DNA of 64,000 nucleotides, taken from positions 29,463-93,462 of the forward strand of contig CAYNQM010000001.1 in assembly GCA_964399275.1 (NCBI GenBank), in the 5' to 3' direction. This DNA comes from an uncultured Haladaptatus sp. Lineage in GTDB: Archaea; Halobacteriota; Halobacteria; Halobacteriales; Haladaptataceae. Each line of letters begins with the position of its first letter. Position 1 is the first letter of the stretch. The notes beneath the pieces are model-generated. The model made no database searches. It was not told where the DNA came from and saw only the letters and a program-made list of their open reading frames with translations. A program made the translations under genes and the position numbers. Below, one piece after another: positions 9,939-19,445 of this stretch.

Positions 9939-12900
9939 TTAGGTGCGGAGCGCTTCCTCGATCTTTTCGATTGGGTGGGTCGGCGTCTCGCCACCGTCTC
10001 TGTCTTCGAGTTGGGTTTGACAGGACGCACCGGGGGCGACGACTTCCTCACCGTCGCTTTCGTCAATCTGCTCGAAGAGGATGTTTGCGATCGCTTTGCT
10101 CATCGAGTGGTGTTCGGCCTCGTAACCGAACGACCCGGCCATCCCACAACAGCCCGAATCGAGAGCGTCAACTTCGTAACCGGCGTCGTGAAGCACCGAA
10201 GCGGCGTGGTGATCCTTCTTCGTCGCCTTCTGGTGGCAGTGGCCGTGGTAGGTGAGCGACTTGGCGGGTGCGTCGAACGTGAGTCCGAACTCGAATCGGT
10301 CGAGATACTCAAGAATGCCGTATGTGTTGCCCGCGACGCGTTCGACGTCACGACCCGACAGCAGGTCGAGATAGTCCGACTGCAGCATCACGGCGTCGGA
10401 TGGTTCGATGAGGACGACGTCCCAGCCGTTTTCGACTCGCGGGGCGAGAACATCGACGTTCGTCGCTGCACGTTCCCGCGACAGATCGAGAAACCCCTTG
10501 GAGTACGCCGGTCGTCCAGTCGATTCGACGCCTTGGGGTATCCGGACGTGGATGCCAGCCGCTTCGAGCACGTGAACCGCTGCCTTTCCTACCTCGGGAT
10601 GGTTGTAGTTCGTGTAGGTGTCAGGGAACAACAACACCTTGCGCGTCGCCTGTGACGCGGGAACCCGCGGGCCGCCGCGAGCCTCGAACCATTCCTCGAA
10701 GCTCTCTCGGTGGAATGTCGGGAGTGACCGCTCCCGGGCGATACCGACCACCTTTTCGAGGACGACTCGTGCTCCGGGAATCTTCGCAGCCCAATTGGAG
10801 ATGGGAGCGACCGTTGACCCGAGTTCGTTGAGCGCGTCGATGTTCGCGAATAGTCGGTCACGGAGCTTCGCGCCGTGCTCCTCGTGGTGAGCGTGTTCGA
10901 CTTCGGTCTTCAGTTTCGCCATGTCCACCTCGCTCGGGCAGTCGCGGGCACAGCCCTTACAGCCAATACAAAGGTCCATAATCTCGCGCATGAACTCGGT
11001 GTCGAGCGCGTCGTCGTCGAGATCGCCGCTCATCGCCTGCCGAAGCAGGTTCGCTCGTCCGCGGGTCGTGACGCTCTCCTCTTCGGCGGCGCGGTAGGTC
11101 GGACACATCACGCCGCCCGTGGTCTCCTGTCCGCCGCGACAGCCACCACAGCCGTGACAGAGTTCAACCATCCCTCGAAAACCGTTCTCGTTGTCCCAGT
11201 TCAACGCTGGATCGAACCCGGCGTCGAAGTCGTAATCGGGGTCGAATCGGAGGTTCTCGGTCATGTCGACGTCGCCACAGACTTGACCCGGATTGAGAAG
11301 CCAGTCGGGATCGAACGCCGACTTCAATTCACAAAACAGTTCCCAGACTTCCTCACCGTACAGTTTCCGGTTCCATTGGGTGCGTGCACGACCGTCACCG
11401 TGTTCACCTGAGACGGAGCCGTTGTACTCGACCACGAGGTCGGTCACAGCGTCGGAGATCGACTCCATCTGTGCGACGCCCGCCGGACTTTTGGTGTCGA
11501 CGAGCGGTCGCATGTGCATACATCCGGGACCGGCGTGCGCGTAGAACGAGGCGAACGTATCGTGGTCTTCGAGTACTGCTTGGAAGTCGGCAACGTACTC
11601 TGCGAGGTTCTCTGTGGGGACGGCCGTGTCCTCGATGAACGAGATGTGCTTCGCATCAGTCGTCCGTGAGAGGAGGATAGGCATCCCGCTCTTTCTGAGT
11701 TTCCAGAGCGTTGCCCGCTCCTCGGCGTCGTACGCTTCCAGCACGTCGAAGGCGCGAATCGGGTCGTCATTCGGTGCGACCGCATCTGCGTCCGCTTCGC
11801 TTTCGTCGGTCGGGGCCGCAGTCGGCACACGGTCAGCCACCAAATCCGCAATCTGCTGTCGGCCGTGCGCCTCATCCTCCGCGTAGAATTCGACGAGTAG
11901 CGCCGTCTCGGTTTCCTCCGGGAGCATCGCTGCAACCGTTTCGAACTCCTCGGTATCGCGGGCGAGATCGAGGAGAACGTCGTCGATAGCTTCGACGGCC
12001 GCAGGGTCGTGATTGTGGACGATGGTATTAACGTCGGCCATGGCATCCAGCAGATCGTGGTAGGTGAGTAATGCGACCGATTTCGTTTCGGGAACTGGTT
12101 CGAGCGAGATCGTTGCCGCCGTGATCACGCCGAGCGTTCCCTCACTTCCGGCGAAGACGCGAGCGAGGTTGACTGTTCCCGACGCTGCCTCTTGGACGAG
12201 TTGGTCGAGATTGTACCCCGAGACGTTGCGCTTCAACTGTGGATACACCTCGCGAATCGTCTCACTTTCCTCATCGACGATTCGACGGAGTACATCGTAG
12301 ATTCGGTTCTCGATCTCACCGTCGGCATCCGCGCGATTTCGGAGTTCGTCGAGCGTCACCTCACCGAATGTGGCGACCGTTCCGTCAGCGAGGACGGCTT
12401 CAACCTCTTCGATGTAGGCGTCCGTTTTCCCGTACTTCAGCGAGTGCGCACCCGTGGAGTTGTTGCCGATAGCACCGCCGACCGTGCTCCGGTCACCGGC
12501 GGCAGGATCCGGTGCGAACTTGAGGTCGTGAGGTTCCAGCGTCGCGTTGAGGTCTGCAAGCACTGCACCGGCTTGCACGTTGGCGACGCGAGCGCTGGGA
12601 TCGACATCCACGAGGTCGTTCATGTAAACGGTCAAGTCAAGTACCACTGCCTCGTTTGTCGCCTGACCAGCGAGACTGGTACCGCCCCCACGCGGAAGAA
12701 CCGGAATCTCGCGGTCGGCGCAGTAGTCAACGACGGCGGCGACGTCGTCAGTCGACCGCGGAAAGACGACGCCAACCGGTGTGACTTCGTAGGCGGAGGC
12801 GTCGGTCGCGTACAACTGTCGAGAGTACTCGTCGAACCGAACGTCGCCATCGACGAGCGTTTCGAAGTCCTCGACGAGTTCGTGTCGATCCACGGCACCA

Positions 12901-12986
12901 CTGGTGTAGTCGTACGCCGCTCGGGAATCATTGGCCGGGTCATCCGAGCCTGAGTCGTCTCGTAGACGGGGGTTCTGCGTCACCAT
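9939..12986 (-). CDS. FAD-linked/Fe-S 2-hydroxyacid oxidoreductase (GlcD-GlcF / D-lactate dehydrogenase-like fusion)
   Basis: RGGGTSLAGQ, GSEGTLG, GEHGDG, ferredoxin CxxCxxC...CP motifs and C-terminal CCG domains (HGHCHQ, CCGMAGSFG). Confidence 0.9.
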   Translation of the reverse strand: MVTQNPRLRDDSGSDDPANDSRAAYDYTSGAVDRHELVEDFETLVDGDVRFDEYSRQLYATDASAYEVTPVGVVFPRSTDDVAAVVDYCADREIPVLPRGGGTSLAGQATNEAVVLDLTVYMNDLVDVDPSARVANVQAGAVLADLNATLEPHDLKFAPDPAAGDRSTVGGAIGNNSTGAHSLKYGKTDAYIEEVEAVLADGTVATFGEVTLDELRNRADADGEIENRIYDVLRRIVDEESETIREVYPQLKRNVSGYNLDQLVQEAASGTVNLARVFAGSEGTLGVITAATISLEPVPETKSVALLTYHDLLDAMADVNTIVHNHDPAAVEAIDDVLLDLARDTEEFETVAAMLPEETETALLVEFYAEDEAHGRQQIADLVADRVPTAAPTDESEADADAVAPNDDPIRAFDVLEAYDAEERATLWKLRKSGMPILLSRTTDAKHISFIEDTAVPTENLAEYVADFQAVLEDHDTFASFYAHAGPGCMHMRPLVDTKSPAGVAQMESISDAVTDLVVEYNGSVSGEHGDGRARTQWNRKLYGEEVWELFCELKSAFDPDWLLNPGQVCGDVDMTENLRFDPDYDFDAGFDPALNWDNENGFRGMVELCHGCGGCRGGQETTGGVMCPTYRAAEEESVTTRGRANLLRQAMSGDLDDDALDTEFMREIMDLCIGCKGCARDCPSEVDMAKLKTEVEHAHHEEHGAKLRDRLFANIDALNELGSTVAPISNWAAKIPGARVVLEKVVGIARERSLPTFHRESFEEWFEARGGPRVPASQATRKVLLFPDTYTNYNHPEVGKAAVHVLEAAGIHVRIPQGVESTGRPAYSKGFLDLSRERAATNVDVLAPRVENGWDVVLIEPSDAVMLQSDYLDLLSGRDVERVAGNTYGILEYLDRFEFGLTFDAPAKSLTYHGHCHQKATKKDHHAASVLHDAGYEVDALDSGCCGMAGSFGYEAEHHSMSKAIANILFEQIDESDGEEVVAPGASCQTQLEDRDGGETPTHPIEKIEEALRT

Positions 12987-12992
12987 TGTTGG

Positions 12993-13964
12993 TCAGCTTG
13001 ATTCCGGTGCGAGTACTTGGTTCACCAAGTCGTCACCGGATTCGAGCCGAGCAACGTTCTCGGTAACGATGTCGGCGAGGCGGTTCCAATGGTTTGGGGT
13101 GTGGCCGCCGGTATGTGGAGTAATGAGACAGTTTTCGAGGCCCCACAGCGGGTGATCGTCGGGTAGCGGTTCTGGGTCGGTCACGTCGAGTGCTGCTCCG
13201 CGAATTTTGTTGGAGCGAAGCGCAGAGACCAAAGCGGCCGTATCGACGATACCGCCACGAGCAGTGTTGACGAGGACGCTGTTTGTCGGCATCGTCGCGA
13301 ACGCGTCACTGCCAATGAGGTTGCGCGTGAGGTCGTTGAGTGGACAAGCAATGACGACATAGTCGCTCTGTGAGAGCGCTCGGTGGACATCGTCCTCGTC
13401 GAACCCGAGGACTTCGTCGGTCGGGCCACCCTTCGAGGGCGTGTAACGAATACCGATCGTCTCGACCTCGAATCCCTGCAGTCGTTGAACAACTGCCTGC
13501 CCGATCGAACCGAGTCCGATAACGGTCACCGTGCTGTCGGTGAATTCACTCGACTGGAAGTGTCGCCACTGACTCTGTTGTTTGCGCCGCCATCCCTCGT
13601 GAAGCCTGCGGGCAAAAACGAGCATATTTCCGATGGCCTGTTCGGCGATACCCGGAGCGTGAATTCCGCCAGCGTTCGTAACAGCGACGCCCTGTGCTTC
13701 GAGTTCGTCCAGTGGAACGTGGTCTGTCCCGGCGAACGTACAGGCGAACAGTTCGAGGTCGGTTGCACGCTCGAGAAGGTCTTCGTCGAGAGAGATTCCT
13801 GTGACGATGCGGGCGTCTTCGACGAGTTCCCGTTCTTGTTTCGGCGTGCGAGCAAGCGCGACCGTCGCTTCCGGCAAGCGGTCGCGAAGCTGTTTGGCGT
13901 ACGATTCCATCGATAATCCTTCCGTCCCCTCTCGGAGGACGACAACATCGGCGTTCTCACTCAT
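12993..13964 (-). CDS. NAD(P)-dependent D-2-hydroxyacid dehydrogenase
   Basis: GLGSIG, VNTARGGIVD, GAALDVTDPEPL and LITPHTGG (catalytic Arg/Glu/His). Confidence 0.92.
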   Translation of the reverse strand: MSENADVVVLREGTEGLSMESYAKQLRDRLPEATVALARTPKQERELVEDARIVTGISLDEDLLERATDLELFACTFAGTDHVPLDELEAQGVAVTNAGGIHAPGIAEQAIGNMLVFARRLHEGWRRKQQSQWRHFQSSEFTDSTVTVIGLGSIGQAVVQRLQGFEVETIGIRYTPSKGGPTDEVLGFDEDDVHRALSQSDYVVIACPLNDLTRNLIGSDAFATMPTNSVLVNTARGGIVDTAALVSALRSNKIRGAALDVTDPEPLPDDHPLWGLENCLITPHTGGHTPNHWNRLADIVTENVARLESGDDLVNQVLAPESS

Positions 13965-14100
13965 GGCTAGGTCACGATTGCGTTTCGGGTGACGCGTGTC
14001 GGTAGTGTGGTGATTGTCACTACTTCACTTAGTCTTTTGTGTATTCGGCATCAACGAATGTTGTGTATTGTTAAGTGTGTGGGGTGTGAATGTGACACAT

Positions 14101-15378
14101 ATGTCCGCCTCGATTGAAGACCGATTGGTATCGTTACGACGTGATCTTCATCAACATCCTGAACCGGCGTGGCGCGAATTCTACACCACATGCCGTCTCG
14201 TCGAAGAGATACGTCAAATCGGCGTGGACGACATCGCTGTCGGGCCCGACGCCTACGATCCGGCCGACCGAATGGCCGTCCCCGAAGCGGACGATCTAAA
14301 CCGGTGGATCGACCGAGCACGCGAGCGGGGGGCTGACGACGATCTCCTGGAGAAAATGGTAGGTGGAAACACGGGCGTCGTCGCCGTCCTCGACAAGGGT
14401 GATGGTCCATCGGTTGGACTCCGCGTCGATATCGATGCGCTGTTTATCGAGGAATCGACCGACGAGGAACACTATCCAGCGGCAGAAGGTTTCCGCTCGG
14501 CATACGACGAATCGATGCACGCCTGTGGTCACGATGCCCATATGACGTGGGGTCTCGCCGTGCTAGAATCCATCAATAACAGCGATTTCGAGGGGACGTT
14601 CACGGTGTTCTTCCAGCCTGCAGAAGAAGTCTCTGGTGGCGGCCATCCGATGGCAGAGAGCGAGTACTGCGCCAACCTCGATCACCTTTTTGCAGTGCAT
14701 GTCGGTCTCGACCACCCGACAGGCGAGGTTGTCGCAGGCATCGAACGTCCACTTGCCATGTGCCACGTCGACGCGACATTTGAAGGAACATCGGCACATG
14801 CCGGTAAGCATCCGAACGAGGGAGACAACGCGATGCAGGCGCTCGGAACCGCTATTCAGAACACGTACGCGATTCCACGCCACAGCGACGGAATGACGCG
14901 AGTCAACATTGGCAGAGCTGAGGGAGGTACTGCAAGTAACGTCATCGCTGACGAAGTCACGGTACTCGGGGAAGCACGCGGTGAGACGACAGCACTCATG
15001 GAGTACATGAAAGAGGAACTCGTCGAAACGTTTCGCTCTTCCGCAACGATGCACGGCTGTGACGTCGATGTCGAAATTGTCAGTGAGTCGCCCCGTGCTG
15101 ACAGCGACCCGGAACTCGTTGACGTCGTCGCCACTGTCGCCGCAGACGTCGATGGCGTCGATACGGTGCTTCCGACGGCCGACTTCGGGGCAAGTGAAGA
15201 TGCGACGTTCCTGATGGAGCGAGTTCAAGAGAACGGTGGCTCCGCGACCTATCTCATCGTCGGAACGGATCACCCGGCGAGTCACCACACGTCAACGTTC
15301 GACGTAGACGAAACGAGTCTCCCGATCGGTGTCGAAGTGCTGACGAAGTCCGTCCTATCCGTGAGTGAGAGTGCATGA
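14101..15378 (+). CDS. M20D-family amidohydrolase (AbgA-like)
   Basis: RRDLHQHPE, RVDIDAL, MHACGHDAH, FQPAEE, ASEDAT and HH motifs. Start set at ATG 14101 (MSASIED). Confidence 0.9.
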   Translation: MSASIEDRLVSLRRDLHQHPEPAWREFYTTCRLVEEIRQIGVDDIAVGPDAYDPADRMAVPEADDLNRWIDRARERGADDDLLEKMVGGNTGVVAVLDKGDGPSVGLRVDIDALFIEESTDEEHYPAAEGFRSAYDESMHACGHDAHMTWGLAVLESINNSDFEGTFTVFFQPAEEVSGGGHPMAESEYCANLDHLFAVHVGLDHPTGEVVAGIERPLAMCHVDATFEGTSAHAGKHPNEGDNAMQALGTAIQNTYAIPRHSDGMTRVNIGRAEGGTASNVIADEVTVLGEARGETTALMEYMKEELVETFRSSATMHGCDVDVEIVSESPRADSDPELVDVVATVAADVDGVDTVLPTADFGASEDATFLMERVQENGGSATYLIVGTDHPASHHTSTFDVDETSLPIGVEVLTKSVLSVSESA

Positions 15379-16619
15379 ACGACCGAAGTGCAGCCGATAT
15401 AGTCACCGACGATGACATCACGTCCGCCCACGACAGAATCGACGATATCGTCAACCGAACGCCGGTCGATACCTCGACGACCTTTGCCGATATGAGTGGT
15501 GCGACCTCAGTCGGGCTTAAACTTGAGAACATGCAACGGACAGGCTCGTTCAAGATTCGCGGTGCCTATAATACGATGGCTCAGCTCTCAGACGAAGCGA
15601 AAGAACGCGGCGTCATCGCTTCCAGTGCCGGAAACCACGCACAAGGTGTTGCGCTCGCAGGAGATCTTCTCGGCATCGAGACGACAATCGTCGTTCCGGA
15701 AGTGACTCCGGCAGCAAAGATCGAGGCGACGCGCGGTTACGGAGCAGAGGTCATCGTCGAAGGTGAGATCTACGAAGACTCCTACGAATACGCATTGGAA
15801 CGTGCCGACGAGGAGAAATTGGAGTTCGTCCATCCGTTCAACGACGAAGGCGTCATCGCTGGACAAGGAACTGTCGGTCGGGAATTACTCGAACAATATC
15901 CCGACCTCGATACAGTCCTCGTCTCTATCGGCGGAGGTGGCCTCATCTCCGGAATTGCGACCGTTCTCAAGCAGCACGACCCGTCGATTCGAGTCATCGG
16001 TGTACAACCGGCAGGCGCGTATCACGCTAAACCCTCACTTGAACGCGACGAGATACGCGAGCTCTCCGAGATTGACACGGTTGCCGAGGGAATCGCTGAT
16101 ACCCGTCTACTCGAAAAGACGTTCGCTGTCATTCGCGAGTATGTCGACGACGTGGTCTCGGTAAGCGATTTGCAGATGAGCGTTGCGCTGACGCTGCTCG
16201 CAGAACGAGTGAAAACGGTCGTCGAGACGGCGGGTGCAGCGCCTGTGGCGGCACTCCTTTCGGACGCGGTCGATGTCGAAGGTGAACACGTTGTCGCCGT
16301 CGTCTCCGGTGGCAACGTGAATCTCACCGAACACAGCGAACTCACCAAAACTGGGCTAATGCAACTCGGTCGGTACGCCGAAGTCGATATCGCCGTCGCC
16401 GACTGGCCGACCGGCGTGAGTGCAGTAACGAACGCCACCGAGTCCCAGGGGGCGGAGTTAGACGTGCTCGAACGAACGCGTCGAACCGCTCAGGACGATC
16501 CGAACCGGACGCCGATCAAAGTGGGTATCGAAGGAAGTGGCACGGAACATCTCCAGTCGGTCATCGACGCGCTCGATTCACTCGACCAACTATCCGTCAC
16601 ATCACACACGCTCGACTAG
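15375..16619 (+). CDS. Threonine/serine ammonia-lyase (IlvA/TdcB/EutB-like) with C-terminal ACT-like domain
   Basis: KLENMQRTGSFKIRGA (PLP Lys), SSAGNHAQG, IAGQGT, GGGGLISG and SGGN. ATGA overlap with the amidohydrolase stop. Confidence 0.9.
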   Translation: MNDRSAADIVTDDDITSAHDRIDDIVNRTPVDTSTTFADMSGATSVGLKLENMQRTGSFKIRGAYNTMAQLSDEAKERGVIASSAGNHAQGVALAGDLLGIETTIVVPEVTPAAKIEATRGYGAEVIVEGEIYEDSYEYALERADEEKLEFVHPFNDEGVIAGQGTVGRELLEQYPDLDTVLVSIGGGGLISGIATVLKQHDPSIRVIGVQPAGAYHAKPSLERDEIRELSEIDTVAEGIADTRLLEKTFAVIREYVDDVVSVSDLQMSVALTLLAERVKTVVETAGAAPVAALLSDAVDVEGEHVVAVVSGGNVNLTEHSELTKTGLMQLGRYAEVDIAVADWPTGVSAVTNATESQGAELDVLERTRRTAQDDPNRTPIKVGIEGSGTEHLQSVIDALDSLDQLSVTSHTLD

Positions 16620-16762
16620 GTCGATATCTGGTCGATTTCCATTGACAGCGTCAATTCTCTTCGGGATGCAGACGTTGCAGTCAAAGACGGCTTGTTGCAA
16701 AAACGACGGGACGACACTCACCATCTGAATACAACCGAAAAACAGCCAAGCAAAAACCGGGC

Positions 16763-18106
16763 CTATCGTGCCGCGCTGATCGCTTCGGTGAAGATTCCGA
16801 CGCCGAGTTCGATTTCTCGTTCGGTGGAGTCCAGCGGTGGGAGGAGTCGAATCGTCTTCGACCCACAACCGAGCGTGAGGAGTCCACGTTTGAGCGCCTC
16901 CTGGACGACAGTATCCCGGCGTTCCGACGTGTCGAATTCGATGGCGAGCATGAGACCCTTCCCACGCACGTCCTCGACGTAATCGGGCGCATCATCACGC
17001 AGTAGCTCTTTCGCCTGTTCACCGCGAATGGTCGCGTTGGCGAGCAGGCCGTGTTCTTCGATGGCCTCCAGTGTGAACACGCCCTGCATCGACGAGAGGA
17101 TGTCGCCGCCGCCGAATGTCGAACCGAGACGGTTCTTTTCGCTCGGGAAAATGTCCGACCGGGAGATGGTTGCACCGACACGAAGTGCCTTTGCGCTGGC
17201 GATGATGTCCGGTTCAATGGGATAGTGATCCGAGGCCCAGATTTCACCGGTTCGGCCGATACCGGACTGTATTTCGTCGACGATAAGCGGGATGTCATAC
17301 TTCTCTTTGACATCTTGAATTTCTTGCATAAACTCGGTGCTGGGGAACCGATAGCCACCGACGCCCTGAATCGGTTCAAGGATGATGAATGCAACCTCAT
17401 CACGGTTGATATGGCCGTGCTTCGGATGTAACATGGTTCGGAGTTGCGAACCCTCTCCGGCGAAGAACCCACAATCGCAGGTCTCGGAACCACTGTCGTG
17501 GTTATCACAGAACGGAACTATCCGCATCCCGGAGAGTTCGGGATAGTGCCGGGTATACACTTCCTTCGAGTGAGTCACCGAGAGCGTCCCGAACGTCCGA
17601 CCGTGGAAGCTATTCTGAAAGGCAACCCCATACTTTGCCTCCGGAGTATTATCGTAGGAAATTTTCATACTGTTTTCAACGGCCTCTGCACCGGAGTTGG
17701 AGAGGAACACCGTGTCCATCCCGTATTGGCTGGAGACGTCACGTAGCTTCTCCATGAGATGGCTCGACCCGGGGATATCCGACGATTGCGGAGTCTCACC
17801 CGCCCCGAAGTACATATCTTGTCCCGCAATCTTCATCGGTTCGACAAGGTCGAACGCTTCGAGTTTGTCGAGGATTTTTTCATTGTTGTAGCCGAGCGGA
17901 GCGGCACCAATGTGACAGGTAAAATCGAGCAGGACATTCCCATCGACATCGGTCACAAACGGCCCGTCAGCTTCACGGGTGATATCCCAGACGAATTCAT
18001 GTGAGTATTCGCTCGGTGCAGCGTGTTTCGTGTGAAAGTCGATCCACTCTTTCGCGTTCGGCCCAGGAAGAGCATCTGCTGTAGGCTCCGCGGTATGCCT
18101 ATCCAT
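16763..18106 (-). CDS. Class-III PLP aminotransferase (GabT-like), second paralog
   Basis: SNSGAEAVE, SFHGRTFG, DEIQSGIGRTG, SAKAL and IRLLPPL. Start set at ATG 18106 (MDRHTAEP). Confidence 0.88.
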   Translation of the reverse strand: MDRHTAEPTADALPGPNAKEWIDFHTKHAAPSEYSHEFVWDITREADGPFVTDVDGNVLLDFTCHIGAAPLGYNNEKILDKLEAFDLVEPMKIAGQDMYFGAGETPQSSDIPGSSHLMEKLRDVSSQYGMDTVFLSNSGAEAVENSMKISYDNTPEAKYGVAFQNSFHGRTFGTLSVTHSKEVYTRHYPELSGMRIVPFCDNHDSGSETCDCGFFAGEGSQLRTMLHPKHGHINRDEVAFIILEPIQGVGGYRFPSTEFMQEIQDVKEKYDIPLIVDEIQSGIGRTGEIWASDHYPIEPDIIASAKALRVGATISRSDIFPSEKNRLGSTFGGGDILSSMQGVFTLEAIEEHGLLANATIRGEQAKELLRDDAPDYVEDVRGKGLMLAIEFDTSERRDTVVQEALKRGLLTLGCGSKTIRLLPPLDSTEREIELGVGIFTEAISAAR

Positions 18107-18122
18107 ACACAACAAGTGTGAA
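18106..18122. promoter_or_regulatory. TACACA-N5-TGTGAA inverted repeat overlapping the aminotransferase start codon
   Basis: Same geometry and position relative to the ATG as 2952-2968. Confidence 0.4.
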
Positions 18123-18405
18123 CACCATACATTAAATCTGATGGTGGCCGATGGATCAACCTATCATCAGAGTATGTCTGTATAAACGAGCTCGGACGCC
18201 ATGGTACCGTAATACCGCAGTATGAAGCATAAAGAGGCTCTGTACCACCGAAATTTGAAGAGGCGAAATGTGGTGAATAATCGGTTATTTTGGCGTTTCA
18301 CGGGTTGAATGGCTTTCCCAGAACACCGCTTTCCAGCCTCGCTAGCCTAGTCTTGTCGGATTATCTAGTCGACTGCTAAAAATTTAATAAATATGAAATT
18401 CTAGA

Positions 18406-18866
18406 ATGAGTGGTATGGTGATGCTGCGTCACGATCATGTGGCGTTGTCGTCGATGACCCTGACGCCGTGGCCGCGTTTTTCCTCGACCTGGGATTCGAG
18501 CGCGAGGGCGGGATGCTGGTCGAAGGCGAGTCTGTAGACAAAACCAACGGGCTCGACGGCGTCCGAGCGGAGGTGATGGTGGTGCGAGCGCCGGATGGCA
18601 GCGGTAAGCTCGAACTCGTCAAGTACCATGCGCCGGCCGACAACGAAGGGCCGCACTCCTTGTCGGCGAACCGGCTGGGATTCCGGCACATTGCCATCGA
18701 GGTCAATGACCTCGACACGATCGTCGATGGACTGCGAGACAGCGGCATTAACACGGTCGGCGAGGTTCGTGATTTCGAGGACACCTACCGGCTCTGCTAT
18801 ATCCGCGGTTCTGAAGGACTGGTAATCGAACTCGCCGAGCAGATCGCCTCCGAGGGAGCGAACTAG
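18406..18866 (+). pseudogene. VOC/glyoxalase-family gene with a 1-nt frameshift near 18439-18441
   Basis: ATG 18406 reads MSGMVMLRHDH, then 'GT' is followed by GGC GTT GTC GTC GAT GAC (GVVVDD) in another frame. Restoring one base gives the canonical HVGVVVDD...FFLDLG. The rest (LELVKY, GFRHIAIEV, RLCYIRG.EGLVIELAE) is intact VOC. Confidence 0.75.
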
Positions 18867-19445
18867 GCCGCCGTACGGTTTTCCGGCTTCCATATCTGGC
18901 CGCGACGAATGGCGATATCACGAACATCGCTCTCACATAGCGACAGCTAATTCATATTGCCGCACTAGTCACTCGGAGAAATAAACCAATACAACAAAAA
19001 TGCGTCTGTAGATTCATAGAAAATAATATACTTTTGTATTGTATGATTTATACAATATATTGGTGACGAAGTCGTTGGTTCACCGCGCCGCGCTAGAACA
19101 GTATTTTCCCGACTCTCAGTTTCTATTTTGCTTCAATTCGCTCAATACAGGGACTCAAACACCGTTCTCTCTCCAACAATCGTCTCTCTACAGCATTTCT
19201 TCTTGGGGGAGCGCAACCGCTGCGCGTACTCGAAACGAAATCTTGTGTGAACACTTCGTTGCACTCCTTTACCATACGCTTTCGTATTTCGAACTCATCG
19301 ACTGGCGATCGATAGATCTTGAGTACGTATTATTGCATAATATTCACAAAAAAGGACACAACCGATGGCCGTATTGCGCTTTCCTCGACCGAAAATATTC
19401 ACAATCTGTTAAATAATGTTAGCCACCGTTCGTATCTCGGTACCG

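Noticed and set aside
19039-19416. 125-aa ORF in the AT-rich spacer (also 250-441 and 2538-3145 small ORFs)
   Set aside because: Atypical composition, mostly non-ATG or weak starts and no motifs. Probably non-coding.
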